A stretch of 64,000 nt of DNA, from assembly GCA_017501885.1 (NCBI GenBank), contig JAFVWA010000224.1, positions 21,226 to 85,225 of the forward strand, written 5' to 3'. Below, piece by piece: positions 35,339-45,287 of this stretch. The stretch is from Clostridia bacterium. Lineage in GTDB: Bacteria > Bacillota > Clostridia > Christensenellales > Borkfalkiaceae. The position numbers and the translations under genes were made by a program. The first letter of the stretch is position 1. Each line of letters begins with the position of its first letter. The notes beneath the pieces were generated by a model. It saw nothing but the letters and a program-made list of their open reading frames with translations, was not told where the DNA came from and made no database searches.

Positions 35339-36310
35339 ATGAATTTAAGTAAAAAATTATTAAGGGTGGTTAGCGCGTTGCTTTTAACCGCCCTTTCTTT
35401 TATGTTTATATATGGATGCGACAATACGGAAAGTGAAGAAATTCCCGTTACCGTAGGCTTTTCCGTTCATTTTATAGACGTGGGCAATGGCGATAGCATA
35501 TTCGTAAGGCTTCCCGACGGTAAAAACATGCTTATCGACTGCGGAGTAAACCAAAACGATAACTTGCAAAATATAAAGCGCGTGCTCGATACTTATTCGG
35601 TTAAAACCATTGATTATCTCGTGCTAACTCACCCCGATATCGACCACGTTGGCAATGCCGAAAGTGTAATAAAAAGCTATCAAGTAAAGAGAGCGTATAT
35701 TCCAAACGTATATAATATTGAAGAATATCCTCGCTTTGACAAAGCCGTTGATGCGCTTAGAGAAAGCTCAGCTGAAATTAAATATTCAAGTCTTGGCGAC
35801 GGCGTGTTGCAAGATGATTACGTAATAGCCTTTTTATCGCCTTGTTCAAGTAGTTTGGGCGATCCTTACGGAGATTTTAATAAAACTTCTACGCCAACCG
35901 ACTCGGAAATAAACGACCTTTCACCTATTATTTATCTTGAATACGCTAACGTAAAGTTCTTGTTTACGGGCGATGCTGGTGTAAATCAAGAAAGGCTCGT
36001 TTTAACCAACTACGAAGTAGGGCTATACACTCAGGCTTTTCACGGTAGAGTAATCCTTAGCAATATAGACTTTCTAAAAGTCGCACACCACGGCGCAAAT
36101 GGAAGCACTTCCAAAGACTTGTTAGATGAGATTATGCCTACAAACGCGATTATTAGCGTTGGTGGAGACAACGTTTACGGGCATCCGTCTTCCGTAATTT
36201 TGAATAGACTTTACGAAAACAATGAAAACATGAACGTTTTAAGAACTGACGTTTACGGAAATATCAGCGTTTCGGTAGATGAAGACGGACAGTATCAAAT
36301 AAGCAAGTAA
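35339..36310 (+). CDS. MBL-fold lipoprotein, ComEC/Rec2 C-terminal-domain-like
   Basis: Lipobox FIYGC. HFIDVGNGDS and LTHPDIDHVGN metallo-beta-lactamase motifs. Confidence 0.75.
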   Translation: MNLSKKLLRVVSALLLTALSFMFIYGCDNTESEEIPVTVGFSVHFIDVGNGDSIFVRLPDGKNMLIDCGVNQNDNLQNIKRVLDTYSVKTIDYLVLTHPDIDHVGNAESVIKSYQVKRAYIPNVYNIEEYPRFDKAVDALRESSAEIKYSSLGDGVLQDDYVIAFLSPCSSSLGDPYGDFNKTSTPTDSEINDLSPIIYLEYANVKFLFTGDAGVNQERLVLTNYEVGLYTQAFHGRVILSNIDFLKVAHHGANGSTSKDLLDEIMPTNAIISVGGDNVYGHPSSVILNRLYENNENMNVLRTDVYGNISVSVDEDGQYQISK

Positions 36311-36337
36311 AAAAGAGCGTTATAGAACGCTCTTTTT
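36310..36337. terminator. bidirectional terminator
   Basis: Stem AGAGCGTT / AACGCTCT flanked by A-run and T-run. Confidence 0.8.
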
Positions 36338-36343
36338 AATATT

Positions 36344-37054
36344 TTAAGCCGTTTTGAGAACGGTTAATGAAGCACCTGACAAGGTTAAAGCTTCTGCTGA
36401 CGTGTTGTAAAGTGATAAACTTCCGCCGTCAGTAGTTGTTAATAGTATAGTTTTACTTGAAGAATCAAGTCCGCCTGTCGTTCCGTCTATTGTAATCGTT
36501 TCGTTTGCGACGGGGGCTCCGTCAAGATATAAACTAACCGACAACGCGTCCGTTGGCACAGAGCCGTTTACAAAATAGGAAACAAGGTAAGTTCCTGCTT
36601 CGGGCAAAGTTACCGCTCCGCCTGCTACGCTTAAAGTCGTTCCCGTGGTCGCTGCAAACTGAGTTAGGGGTATAATGGTGTCCGCCGTTACTGTGACTGT
36701 GTTTACGCCTGCATAAATAGCATCGTTAGTTCCCGCGGGACCTTGCGGACCGGTAGCACCTGTTGCACCCGTAGCACCAACAGGGCTGACAGGACCTTGT
36801 GGACCAACTGCACCCGTAGCGCCTGTTGCACCAACGGGACCGACAGGCCCGATTGGACCTTGTGGGCCGGTAGCACCCGTAGCACCTGTTGCGCCCGTTG
36901 CACCCGTAGGACCTTGCGGGCCTATGGGGCCTTGTGGACCTTGTGGGCCACGCGCGCCCGACGGACCTGATGGACCTTGCGGACCGCGTATATAACGAAT
37001 ATTAGAACAATTGTTGCAACAATTTCTTCCGTTGCAACCGAATAAACTGCACAT
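36344..37054 (-). CDS. collagen-like (G-X-Y)n protein with Cys-rich N-terminus and globular C-terminal domain (BclA-like exosporium/surface glycoprotein type)
   Basis: About 28 G-X-Y triplets (GPQ, GPS, GAT and others) at aa 24-109, then a 127-aa Thr/Val/Ser-rich beta-type domain. GGAGG SD at 37070-37066. Confidence 0.85.
   Translation of the reverse strand: MCSLFGCNGRNCCNNCSNIRYIRGPQGPSGPSGARGPQGPQGPIGPQGPTGATGATGATGATGPQGPIGPVGPVGATGATGAVGPQGPVSPVGATGATGATGPQGPAGTNDAIYAGVNTVTVTADTIIPLTQFAATTGTTLSVAGGAVTLPEAGTYLVSYFVNGSVPTDALSVSLYLDGAPVANETITIDGTTGGLDSSSKTILLTTTDGGSLSLYNTSAEALTLSGASLTVLKTA
36728..36985 (-). repeat. collagen triplet-repeat coding region (GAT/GPQ units)
   Basis: In-frame 9-bp and 3-bp periodicity. 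One triplet has Ser instead of Gly (GPV-SPV-GAT). Confidence 0.85.
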
Positions 37055-37229
37055 TACAAATAAATCCTCCTTGGAAATATCTATATATACTATGCTAAAC
37101 TATAAATAAAAAGTTACTTTGGGCTTTACAAGTGTTTTTCAAAGCCTTGCGTTTTTTTGCATAATAAGTTAAACTATAATAGTAAAAGTATCTTATACTT
37201 TGTAAAAGGGCATAATACAAAGGGTAAAA

Positions 37230-39200
37230 ATGGAAAAAAGGCAATTTAAGTTACGTTCTAAATATAAGCCGACGGGCGATCAGCCACAGGCAATAGAAAA
37301 ACTTGTTGAAGGTATTAACGACGGACTAAGAACTCAAGTTCTTTTAGGCGTTACAGGTTCTGGCAAGACCTTTACCATGGCTAACGTCATTGAAAAGGTT
37401 CAACGTCCTGCGCTCATTATTGCCCACAACAAAACGCTTGCCGCCCAACTTTGCAACGAGTTCCGCGAATTTTTCCCCGAAAACCGCGTGGAATTTTTCG
37501 TTTCGTATTACGATTACTATCAGCCCGAAGCATATATTGCAAGCACGGATACTTATATTGAAAAAGATCTTTCTATAAACGACGAAATAGATAAACTTCG
37601 CCACTCTGCAACATGCTCTTTGGCAGAGCGTGAAGACACTATCGTGGTTGCTTCCGTTTCGTGTATTTACGGCTTAGGCGCGCCACAAGAATACTATGAC
37701 TTAGCCATTTCACTTCGACCGAACGACCAAATGGATAGAGATGAGTTGATGAGAAAACTCGTTTCCATTCAGTATACGAGAAAGGACGTTGACTTTTCGC
37801 GTTCTTCTTTTAGAGTGCATGGGGACACGGTGGATATTTTTCCCTCTTCAAACACCGAGATTTTTATTCGCGTAGAGTTTTTTGGCGACACCATCGATAG
37901 AATTTGCGAAGCAGAACTTATTACAGGCAAGGTTATTTCCGAACTAAAACACGCGGTAATTTTTCCTGCAAGCCACTATGCGGTAGAACAAGAAAAACTT
38001 AAACTTGCCGTTTGCGCTATCGAGCGCGACAAGGACGAAGAAGTTCGATTTTTTAAAGAAGATGGCAAACTTTTGGAAGCGCAACGTTTACAACAACGCA
38101 CCGATTACGACGTGGAAATGATAAAAGAAATAGGCTTTTGTCGTGGTATAGAAAATTACAGTAGGTATTTTGACGGCAGAAGCATTGGCGAGCCACCATT
38201 TACCTTGCTCGACTACTTTCCCAAAGACTTTATTGTGTTTATCGACGAGTCACATATGACTATTCCACAAATAGGCGCAATGTTTAACGGAGACAGGTCG
38301 AGAAAGACAAGCCTTGTAGAATACGGATTTAGATTAAAATCTGCTTTCGATAACCGTCCGCTCACTTTTGAAGAATTTGACGCAAGAGTTGGGCAAATGG
38401 TTTGCGTTTCGGCAACGCCTGCAAAATATGAATTATCACAGGCGGGACAAGTGGTTGAGCAAATAATTCGTCCGACAGGACTTTTAGACCCTGAAATTAC
38501 CGTTAGACCGACCAAAAACCAAATAGACGATTTATTAAAAGAGATAAACGGTGTAGTTAAAGAAGGCGGTAGAGTTTTAATAACCACCTTAACAAAAAGA
38601 ATGGCGGAAAGCCTTACCGAATATCTAAAAGAGAACAAGATAAAAGTTCGCTATATGCACAGCGACATAGACACTATGGAGCGAATAGACATAGTGACGG
38701 GGCTTCGCACGGGCGAGTTTGACGTGCTTTGCGGTATCAACCTTTTAAGAGAAGGTTTAGACCTTCCCGAAGTAAAACTCGTTGCTATCTTAGACGCTGA
38801 TAAGGAAGGCTTTTTGCGTAGTGAAACTTCGCTTATCCAAACGGTGGGTAGAGCGGCGAGAAACTCTGAAGGTAGGGTTATTATGTATGCCGACACTATC
38901 ACGGGAAGTATGAAACGCGCGATAGACGAAACCGAGCGCAGAAGAAACATTCAAAACGAGTATAATAAACAGAATGGTATTGTTCCTAAAACCATTATCA
39001 AAGAAGTGGTTAACACCTTAGAAATAACCAAAAAGACCGACCACACCAAGGATATCAAAATGAAGGACATCCCCGAAGAAATAGAAAAACTTAAAGCACT
39101 TATGAAAATCGCTTCGCAAAATCTCGACTTTGAAAAGTGCATAGAGATACGCGACACTATTTCTAAACTTAAAGTAAAGATGAGAAAGGCAGAAAAATAA
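37230..39200 (+). CDS. uvrB: excinuclease ABC subunit B
   Basis: Full-length UvrB ([11 protein letters not shown]alker A, C-terminal UVR motif). Confidence 0.97.
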   Translation: MEKRQFKLRSKYKPTGDQPQAIEKLVEGINDGLRTQVLLGVTGSGKTFTMANVIEKVQRPALIIAHNKTLAAQLCNEFREFFPENRVEFFVSYYDYYQPEAYIASTDTYIEKDLSINDEIDKLRHSATCSLAEREDTIVVASVSCIYGLGAPQEYYDLAISLRPNDQMDRDELMRKLVSIQYTRKDVDFSRSSFRVHGDTVDIFPSSNTEIFIRVEFFGDTIDRICEAELITGKVISELKHAVIFPASHYAVEQEKLKLAVCAIERDKDEEVRFFKEDGKLLEAQRLQQRTDYDVEMIKEIGFCRGIENYSRYFDGRSIGEPPFTLLDYFPKDFIVFIDESHMTIPQIGAMFNGDRSRKTSLVEYGFRLKSAFDNRPLTFEEFDARVGQMVCVSATPAKYELSQAGQVVEQIIRPTGLLDPEITVRPTKNQIDDLLKEINGVVKEGGRVLITTLTKRMAESLTEYLKENKIKVRYMHSDIDTMERIDIVTGLRTGEFDVLCGINLLREGLDLPEVKLVAILDADKEGFLRSETSLIQTVGRAARNSEGRVIMYADTITGSMKRAIDETERRRNIQNEYNKQNGIVPKTIIKEVVNTLEITKKTDHTKDIKMKDIPEEIEKLKALMKIASQNLDFEKCIEIRDTISKLKVKMRKAEK

Positions 39201-42037
39201 TGAAAGATAATCTTATTATAAAAGGCGCAAGGGAAAACAACCTTAAAAATATAGACGTAAGTATTCCGAGAGATAAACTCGTAGTGTTCACGGGGTTATC
39301 TGGCTCGGGAAAGTCTACGCTCGCCTTTGAAACCATTTACGCAGAAGGTCAACGCAGATACGTTGAAAGCCTTTCGAGTTACGCGAGAATGTTTTTGGGA
39401 CAAATGGAAAAACCCGACGTCGATAGCATAGACGGACTTTCGCCTGCCATTTCTATCGACCAAAAAACCACTTCGCACAATCCACGTTCTACCGTTGGAA
39501 CGGTTACCGAGATTTACGATTATTTCCGTCTTCTTTTTGCAAGAGCGGGCACACCACATTGCCCCGAATGCGGTAAAAAGATAGAACGCCAAACGGTTGA
39601 CCAAATTTGCGACCAAGTTATGGCTTATCCCGAAGGTAGTAAAATCTTGATAAACGCACCCGTTATTAGGGGAAAGAAAGGCGAGTATTCCAAAAATTTT
39701 GAAGGGTATAAAAAGAGCGGATATTCAAGAGTGGAAGTAGACGGAGTAGTTTACGACCTTGACGAGGAAATTAAACTCGATAAAAACAAAAAACATAATA
39801 TAAGCGTTGTAGTTGATAGGCTTGTTGTAAAAGACGGCATTGAAAAGCGCTTGTCGGATAGTTTAGAAACGGCTATAAAACTTGCAAACGGTTTGGTTAG
39901 CGTAGAAATCGTTGGGGGAGAGACTCAACTCTTTTCTACCAAGTATTCTTGTCCCGACTGTGGTATAAGTATTGAAGAAATAGAGCCAAGACTTTTTTCA
40001 TTCAATAACCCGTTTGGAGCGTGCCCCGAATGTCACGGCTTAGGGTTTAATAAAAGGGTGGATCCCGACTTGGTTGTAAAGGATAAAAACAAAACGTTAC
40101 GAGAAGGCGCGATGACTGTTACCGGTTGGAACTTAGACAGCGGTAAAATGGCGGAGATGAACTTTAATTCACTCGCTCGCCACTACGGGTTTAGTTTAGA
40201 CGTGCCTGTTAAGGACTTGCCACAAGAAATTTACGATATGCTTCTTTACGGAAACGGCGGTGAAAAGATAAAAATGGAGTATTCCACAAGAACGTTTAGC
40301 GGAAGCTTTAATTCTTCGTGGGAAGGCATTATTCCTAACTTAGAACGTCGTTTTAGAGAAACTACGAGCGATTACACTAAGAGCGAAATAGAAAGATATA
40401 TGTCGGTAACACCGTGTTCTACTTGCCAAGGCAAAAGGCTTAAAAAGGAAGCGCTTGCCGTTTTAGTTGGCGGTAAAAATATAAGCGAACTTACCGATAT
40501 GTCGGTTGCTAAACTCAAAGAGTTTATGCAAAACCTTTCTTTAACGACTACCCAAGAATTAATCGCAAAACCCATTGTTAAAGAAATCAACGCAAGACTT
40601 GACTTTTTGATAAACGTGGGACTTTCCTATTTAACCCTTTCAAGAAGTGCAGTTACGTTATCTGGTGGCGAAGCGCAGAGAATAAGACTTGCAACCCAAA
40701 TAGGAAGCGGTCTTACAGGTGTGCTTTATATCTTAGATGAGCCGAGCATTGGGCTTCACCAAAGGGATAATAGCAAACTCATCGGTGCGCTTAAAGGTTT
40801 AAGAGATTTAGGCAATACCTTAATAGTCGTAGAACACGACGAAGAAACTATGCTTGAAGCCGACTATATCGTAGACATTGGACCTAAGGCGGGTGTTCAC
40901 GGTGGGGAAGTTGTTGCGTGTGGAAGCATTGACGACATCATGGCAGAGCCACGCTCTATTACAGGCGACTATCTTGCAGGAAGAAGAAAAATAGAAATTC
41001 CTTTGGAAAGAAAAGTTCCCGACGGCAGATGGATAGAAATTCAAGGCGCAACACAAAACAACCTTAAAAACGTAACGGCAAAATTCCCCGTCGGCTTGAT
41101 AACGGCAGTAACGGGTGTTTCGGGCTCGGGCAAGAGTTCTTTGGTTAACGAAATATTGTATCCATACCTTGCTTCGCGCTTAAATAAGGCAAAGGTAAGG
41201 GACGGCAATGCAACGGCAGTCTTAGGCGAAGAATACTTTGATAAGGTTATTCAAATAGACCAGTCGCCCATTGGCAGAACGCCAAGGAGCAACCCCGTTA
41301 CGTATACGGGCGTGTTCTCTGCAATAAGGGACTTGTTTGCTTCTACCCCCGACGCAAAAGAGCGTGGATATAAGTCGGGTAGATTTTCGTTTAACGTTGC
41401 AGGCGGTAGATGTGAAAACTGTGAAGGTGACGGCGTTATCAAGATAGAAATGCACTTCCTTCCCGATATGTATGTTCCTTGCGAAGTTTGTAAGGGCAAA
41501 CGCTATAACAGGGAAACCTTGCAAGTTAAATATAAAGGCAAAAATATCAACGACGTTTTGGAAATGACAGTTGACGAAGCGTGCGAGTTCTTTAAGGCAA
41601 TTCCGTCTGTGTTTAATAAGATAAAAACCTTACAAGACGTAGGGTTAGGATATATCAAACTCGGTCAGTCTTCAACCACGCTTTCGGGTGGCGAAGCGCA
41701 AAGGGTTAAGCTTGCAACCGAACTTTCAAAAAGGGCAACGGGCAGAACGCTTTATATCTTAGACGAGCCTACCACAGGGCTTCATAGTTACGATATAGAT
41801 AAACTTTGCACGGTGTTGCAACGTCTTCAACAGGGCGGAAACACTATCGTTATAATTGAGCATAATTTAGACGTTATTAAACTTGCCGATTACATTGTAG
41901 ATTTAGGCCCCGAAGGTGGCGACGGCGGCGGAACGATTATCGCACAAGGCTCCCCAGAGCAAGTTGCAAACTGTTCTAACAGTTGGACAGGTCAATACCT
42001 TAAAAAAGTTTTCGACAAAGCAAATCATAAATATTAA
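39200..42037 (+). CDS. uvrA: excinuclease ABC subunit A
   Basis: Full-length UvrA (two ABC modules, zinc-finger Cys clusters). ATGA overlap with uvrB. Confidence 0.97.
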   Translation: MKDNLIIKGARENNLKNIDVSIPRDKLVVFTGLSGSGKSTLAFETIYAEGQRRYVESLSSYARMFLGQMEKPDVDSIDGLSPAISIDQKTTSHNPRSTVGTVTEIYDYFRLLFARAGTPHCPECGKKIERQTVDQICDQVMAYPEGSKILINAPVIRGKKGEYSKNFEGYKKSGYSRVEVDGVVYDLDEEIKLDKNKKHNISVVVDRLVVKDGIEKRLSDSLETAIKLANGLVSVEIVGGETQLFSTKYSCPDCGISIEEIEPRLFSFNNPFGACPECHGLGFNKRVDPDLVVKDKNKTLREGAMTVTGWNLDSGKMAEMNFNSLARHYGFSLDVPVKDLPQEIYDMLLYGNGGEKIKMEYSTRTFSGSFNSSWEGIIPNLERRFRETTSDYTKSEIERYMSVTPCSTCQGKRLKKEALAVLVGGKNISELTDMSVAKLKEFMQNLSLTTTQELIAKPIVKEINARLDFLINVGLSYLTLSRSAVTLSGGEAQRIRLATQIGSGLTGVLYILDEPSIGLHQRDNSKLIGALKGLRDLGNTLIVVEHDEETMLEADYIVDIGPKAGVHGGEVVACGSIDDIMAEPRSITGDYLAGRRKIEIPLERKVPDGRWIEIQGATQNNLKNVTAKFPVGLITAVTGVSGSGKSSLVNEILYPYLASRLNKAKVRDGNATAVLGEEYFDKVIQIDQSPIGRTPRSNPVTYTGVFSAIRDLFASTPDAKERGYKSGRFSFNVAGGRCENCEGDGVIKIEMHFLPDMYVPCEVCKGKRYNRETLQVKYKGKNINDVLEMTVDEACEFFKAIPSVFNKIKTLQDVGLGYIKLGQSSTTLSGGEAQRVKLATELSKRATGRTLYILDEPTTGLHSYDIDKLCTVLQRLQQGGNTIVIIEHNLDVIKLADYIVDLGPEGGDGGGTIIAQGSPEQVANCSNSWTGQYLKKVFDKANHKY

Positions 42038-42041
42038 ATAA

Positions 42042-42080
42042 AACCGCTCGAATGCGAAAAGCATTCGAGCGGTTAGTTTT
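42042..42080 (+). terminator. terminator of uvrBA
   Basis: 14-bp stem AACCGCTCGAATGC / GCATTCGAGCGGTT followed by AGTTTT. Confidence 0.85.
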
Positions 42081-42093
42081 CATCCTATCTATA

Positions 42094-42122
42094 TTGACTG
42101 TAACTTCACTTGATGATATAAT
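42094..42122 (+). promoter_or_regulatory. consensus sigma-A promoter (extended -10) for the LRR lipoprotein gene
   Basis: TTGACT (42094-42099), 17 nt spacer, TGaTATAAT (-10 at 42117-42122). Confidence 0.75.
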
Positions 42123-42211
42123 AAAGAAAAAACCACAAGAAGGTAAATTTATAAGATAAGGAATTTAAGGAGATAACTTAAATAATTTACGGGCATTTGG
42201 AGGTAAGACCA

Positions 42212-42238
42212 ATGAATAGTTTAGTATACACGGCATAA
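42212..42238 (+). CDS. candidate 8-codon leader peptide MNSLVYTA
   Basis: GGAGGT SD (42199-42204) lies 7 nt before the ATG. The stop codon sits inside the 5' arm of the leader terminator. Confidence 0.3.
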   Translation: MNSLVYTA

Positions 42239-42275
42239 CGATATTTAGATAAAATATTGGTATGCCTTTTTGTTT
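42232..42275 (+). terminator. intrinsic terminator inside the 5' leader (attenuator)
   Basis: Stem of about 14 bp, 42232-42246 / 42252-42266 (GGCATA.CGATATTT / AAATATTG.TATGCC, one mismatch), then TTTTTGTTT. It ends 18 nt before the LRR gene ATG. Confidence 0.6.
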
Positions 42276-42292
42276 ATTAGGAGGAAAACAAA

Positions 42293-44092
42293 ATGATTAA
42301 AATAAGAAAAAAAAGAATTATAATCCCATTTTTTTCTTTATTGCTTATGGCAATTTTAACTTTATGTGCATTTACCCTAACGGCTTGTGATGAAGATGAG
42401 CCAATACATACGGGGAATAGCCAAATAAGTTTTACAACCCTTACTGTTGATGGTAAAAACGTTTATGGTAAAGTTGCAAATTCAGTTAACACTTTTTCTT
42501 TTGCTAATGAAATACAATTAAGTGGCAAATCAGATTTTGTCGTAAGTCTTGATGAAGATGGTTTGCAAACCTATACTACTAAAAGCACACCTTTAGTAGA
42601 GGGTGATAACACCTTTTACATTTTAGAAACCATAAATAGTATTCACAAGCATACCTATATTGTTACAATACATCGTAACTATATGTATACTGTTGATTTT
42701 GATACAGTTGGTGGGACAAAGGTCCCAAAACAAAAAATAGAAGAAGACATTTGTGTGCATGCAACAGAGCCAGACTCTCCCACTCGTGAAGGCTACACGT
42801 TTGATGGTTGGGATTATGACTTTAATATACCTATTACTAAAAACACAACAATTAAAGCAAAGTGGAAAATTAACCAATATACTTTAAGACTTGTGTATAA
42901 TAACGGGCAAGAAGATTTAGTTTTAACACAAGACTATGATACCACAATACAAGGTATTGCTAATCCTCAAAGGGTAGGGTATACGTTTGATGGTTGGGAT
43001 AATATTATTCCAAGTAAAATGCCAGCGGAAGATTTAACCATAACGGCAAATTGGCTTGCTATATTTAATGTTTCAAATGGCAAAATTATGGGAATAACAG
43101 AGCATGGTGAAACTCTTGAAGAAATAGTAATACCTAATATTATAGACGGTGTTGAAATAACAAGTATAAGTGGTACTGCGTTCTATGGTTGCACTTCATT
43201 AAAAAGTATTATTGTAGAAAATGGTAATGCTAATTATAAATCGATAGACGGAAATTTGTATAGTAAAGATGGAAAAACCCTAATAAAGTATGCTATGGGC
43301 AAGGCAGAAAGAGTTTTTGTAATACCTAAAAGTGTAATAAGTATAGGTGAAGATGCATTTGAATATTGCACGTCATTAACAAGTATAGTAATTCCAGAGA
43401 GTGTAGCAAGCATAGGAAGAGCTTCGTTGAATAATTGTTCTTCATTAACAAGTATAGTAATTCCAGAGAGTATAACAAGTATAGGAATAGATGCTTTCAG
43501 TTTTTGCACATCGTTAAGCAAAGTAAACTATTTAGGCACAATAGACCAATGGGCGCAAATAAGTTTTGCTAATGAAGTGGCTAACCCAACATATTATGCT
43601 AAAAACTTATATATAAAAGATGAGTTAGTAAAAGAAGTTGTTTTAACATCTGCAACCAAAATTTCTGCTTGTGCGTTCACTAATTGTAATTCGTTAACAA
43701 GTGTAGTAATCCCAACCAATGTAAAAAGTATAGGGGATTTGGCGTTCAGTAATTGTAATTCATTAACAAGTGTAGAAATACTTGATGGTGTAACAAGTAT
43801 AGGCGAAGTTGCGTTCAGTTGTTGCAGCTCATTAAAAAATTTAATAATTGGTAATAGTGTAGCAAGCATAGGTGGTTTAGCATTTTTTATGTGCAAATCG
43901 TTAACAAGTGTAACAATAGGTAATAGCGTAACGAGTATAGGGGGTGGTTCTTTTTTTGATTGTTCTTCATTAACAAGTATTGAATTTAAAGGGACTGTTC
44001 AGCAATGGGAAAGCATAGAAAAAGACAATGATTGGAACACTTATGTTCCAGCAACAAAAGTAATCTGCTCTGACGGAGAAGTTGATATATAG
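42293..44092 (+). CDS. surface lipoprotein with Listeria-Bacteroides (Flg_new) repeats and BspA-type leucine-rich repeats
   Basis: Lipobox LTAC. Two EGYTFDGWD-type repeats. About 12 LRR_5 units (SLTSIVIPESVxSIGxxAFxxC). Confidence 0.8.
   Translation: MIKIRKKRIIIPFFSLLLMAILTLCAFTLTACDEDEPIHTGNSQISFTTLTVDGKNVYGKVANSVNTFSFANEIQLSGKSDFVVSLDEDGLQTYTTKSTPLVEGDNTFYILETINSIHKHTYIVTIHRNYMYTVDFDTVGGTKVPKQKIEEDICVHATEPDSPTREGYTFDGWDYDFNIPITKNTTIKAKWKINQYTLRLVYNNGQEDLVLTQDYDTTIQGIANPQRVGYTFDGWDNIIPSKMPAEDLTITANWLAIFNVSNGKIMGITEHGETLEEIVIPNIIDGVEITSISGTAFYGCTSLKSIIVENGNANYKSIDGNLYSKDGKTLIKYAMGKAERVFVIPKSVISIGEDAFEYCTSLTSIVIPESVASIGRASLNNCSSLTSIVIPESITSIGIDAFSFCTSLSKVNYLGTIDQWAQISFANEVANPTYYAKNLYIKDELVKEVVLTSATKISACAFTNCNSLTSVVIPTNVKSIGDLAFSNCNSLTSVEILDGVTSIGEVAFSCCSSLKNLIIGNSVASIGGLAFFMCKSLTSVTIGNSVTSIGGGSFFDCSSLTSIEFKGTVQQWESIEKDNDWNTYVPATKVICSDGEVDI
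43115..43990 (+). repeat. tandem 69-bp (23-codon) LRR coding repeats
   Basis: The identical 30-mer TCATTAACAAGTATAGTAATTCCAGAGAGT occurs at 43373-43402 and 43442-43471. There are many diverged copies. Confidence 0.8.
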
Positions 44093-44118
44093 TAGATAAT
44101 AAAAACAACAAAAAGAGA

Positions 44119-44153
44119 AACCCTTCTATGGCATATTTTCGTAGAAGGGTTTT
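44119..44153 (+). terminator. terminator of the LRR gene
   Basis: Stem AACCCTTCTA / TAGAAGGGTT followed by TTTGG. Confidence 0.7.
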
Positions 44154-44268
44154 GGTATAAAAAATTTTCTTTGGAATATAATATATATTTAAATTATTTT
44201 TAAATAAAAAAAGGAAATTTTGTAAAAAGTGGGTATTGTTATTAGATAGAGATTTTGGGGGACGACAA

Positions 44269-45267
44269 GTGAAAGATAAAACCCTTCTTATTGAAGATAA
44301 ATTTTTATCGCCTTTTGCAACCAAGTCTAAAGACACGGTTGGTAGGCTTCGCGAAGAAACGCCTTGCCCTATGAGAACTGACTTTCAAAGGGATAGGGAT
44401 AGGATTATTCATTGTAAATCGTTTAGGCGATTAAAGAATAAAACGCAAGTATTTTTCTCTCCCGAAGGCGACCATTACAGAACTCGTTTAACGCACACTC
44501 TAACCGTTTCGCAAGTGGCAAGGGCTATTGCCCGTGCGCTTTCGCTTAACGAAGACTTAACCGAGGCAATCGCGCTCGGCCACGATTTGGGACATACCCC
44601 TTTCGGGCATTCGGGCGAAAGAATTCTAAACCGTCTTAATAAAGAACACGGCTTTTCGCACAATATTCAGTCGGGCAGAGTGGTTGACTTTTTGGAAGGG
44701 GACGGCAAAGGACTTAATCTAACTCGCGAAGTGGTTGACGGTATTATCAATCATAAAATGAGTTGCACACCTAAAACTATGGAAGGCAAAGCCGTTAACA
44801 TTGCAGACCGCATCGCATACATAAACCACGATATAGACGACGCGATTGAGAGCGGTTTTATAACGCAAGACGACCTTCCTAAAAACGCTATAAAAACACT
44901 TGGCAAAACGTCGAGTGAAAGAATAAATACTATGGTGCATTCCATATTCGTTGAGAGCGACGGCAAACCTATCGTCGAAATGCAAAAGCACGTTGCCGAC
45001 GCGACGAGTGAACTTAGACAGTTTTTATTCGACAGAGTTTACAGCGACAAGACTTTCCGTGACGAAGAAGAACGCGCAGATAAAATGATTTCGGCACTCT
45101 ACGGCTATTACAAAGAACGCCCCGAACGAATGCCCGAGTTTTACTTAAACGCGCTAAACAACACGGATATTGACACCGTTTTATGCGACTACATATCTTC
45201 TATGTCGGACACGTTTGCGGTAAAAGAATTTACAAGAATTTTCGTTCCTAAAAAGTGGGAATTATAA
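44269..45267 (+). CDS. dGTPase-like HD-domain triphosphohydrolase
   Basis: FQRDRDRIIHC and HDLGHTPFGH motifs. Start moved to GTG 44269 behind GGGGGA. Confidence 0.85.
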   Translation: MKDKTLLIEDKFLSPFATKSKDTVGRLREETPCPMRTDFQRDRDRIIHCKSFRRLKNKTQVFFSPEGDHYRTRLTHTLTVSQVARAIARALSLNEDLTEAIALGHDLGHTPFGHSGERILNRLNKEHGFSHNIQSGRVVDFLEGDGKGLNLTREVVDGIINHKMSCTPKTMEGKAVNIADRIAYINHDIDDAIESGFITQDDLPKNAIKTLGKTSSERINTMVHSIFVESDGKPIVEMQKHVADATSELRQFLFDRVYSDKTFRDEEERADKMISALYGYYKERPERMPEFYLNALNNTDIDTVLCDYISSMSDTFAVKEFTRIFVPKKWEL

Positions 45268-45287
45268 TTAAAGGATAAAGGTAACTA

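Noticed and set aside
36703-36970. 66-aa and 75-aa ORFs overlapping the collagen-like gene
   Set aside because: Shadow frames of the GC-rich triplet repeat. The G-X-Y frame is the only one with a start, an SD and a folded C-terminal domain.
37055-37229. SOS (LexA/Cheo box CGAAC-N4-GTTCG) sites upstream of uvrBA, uvrC and recA
   Set aside because: None were seen by eye in these upstream regions. Absence cannot be asserted without a matrix scan, so no claim is made.
38213-38638. 141-aa antisense ORF in uvrB; similar long antisense ORFs at 3857-4279, 53419-53799, 54401-54841 and 54942-55331
   Set aside because: They lie wholly inside strongly conserved genes on the other strand, have no SD or promoter, and have low-complexity composition.
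43115-43990. Regularly spaced repeats considered as a possible CRISPR array (also 6404-7141 and 36728-36985)
   Set aside because: The periodicities are multiples of 3 and in frame with long ORFs (LRR, Gly-rich, collagen). There is no repeat-spacer architecture and there are no cas genes.
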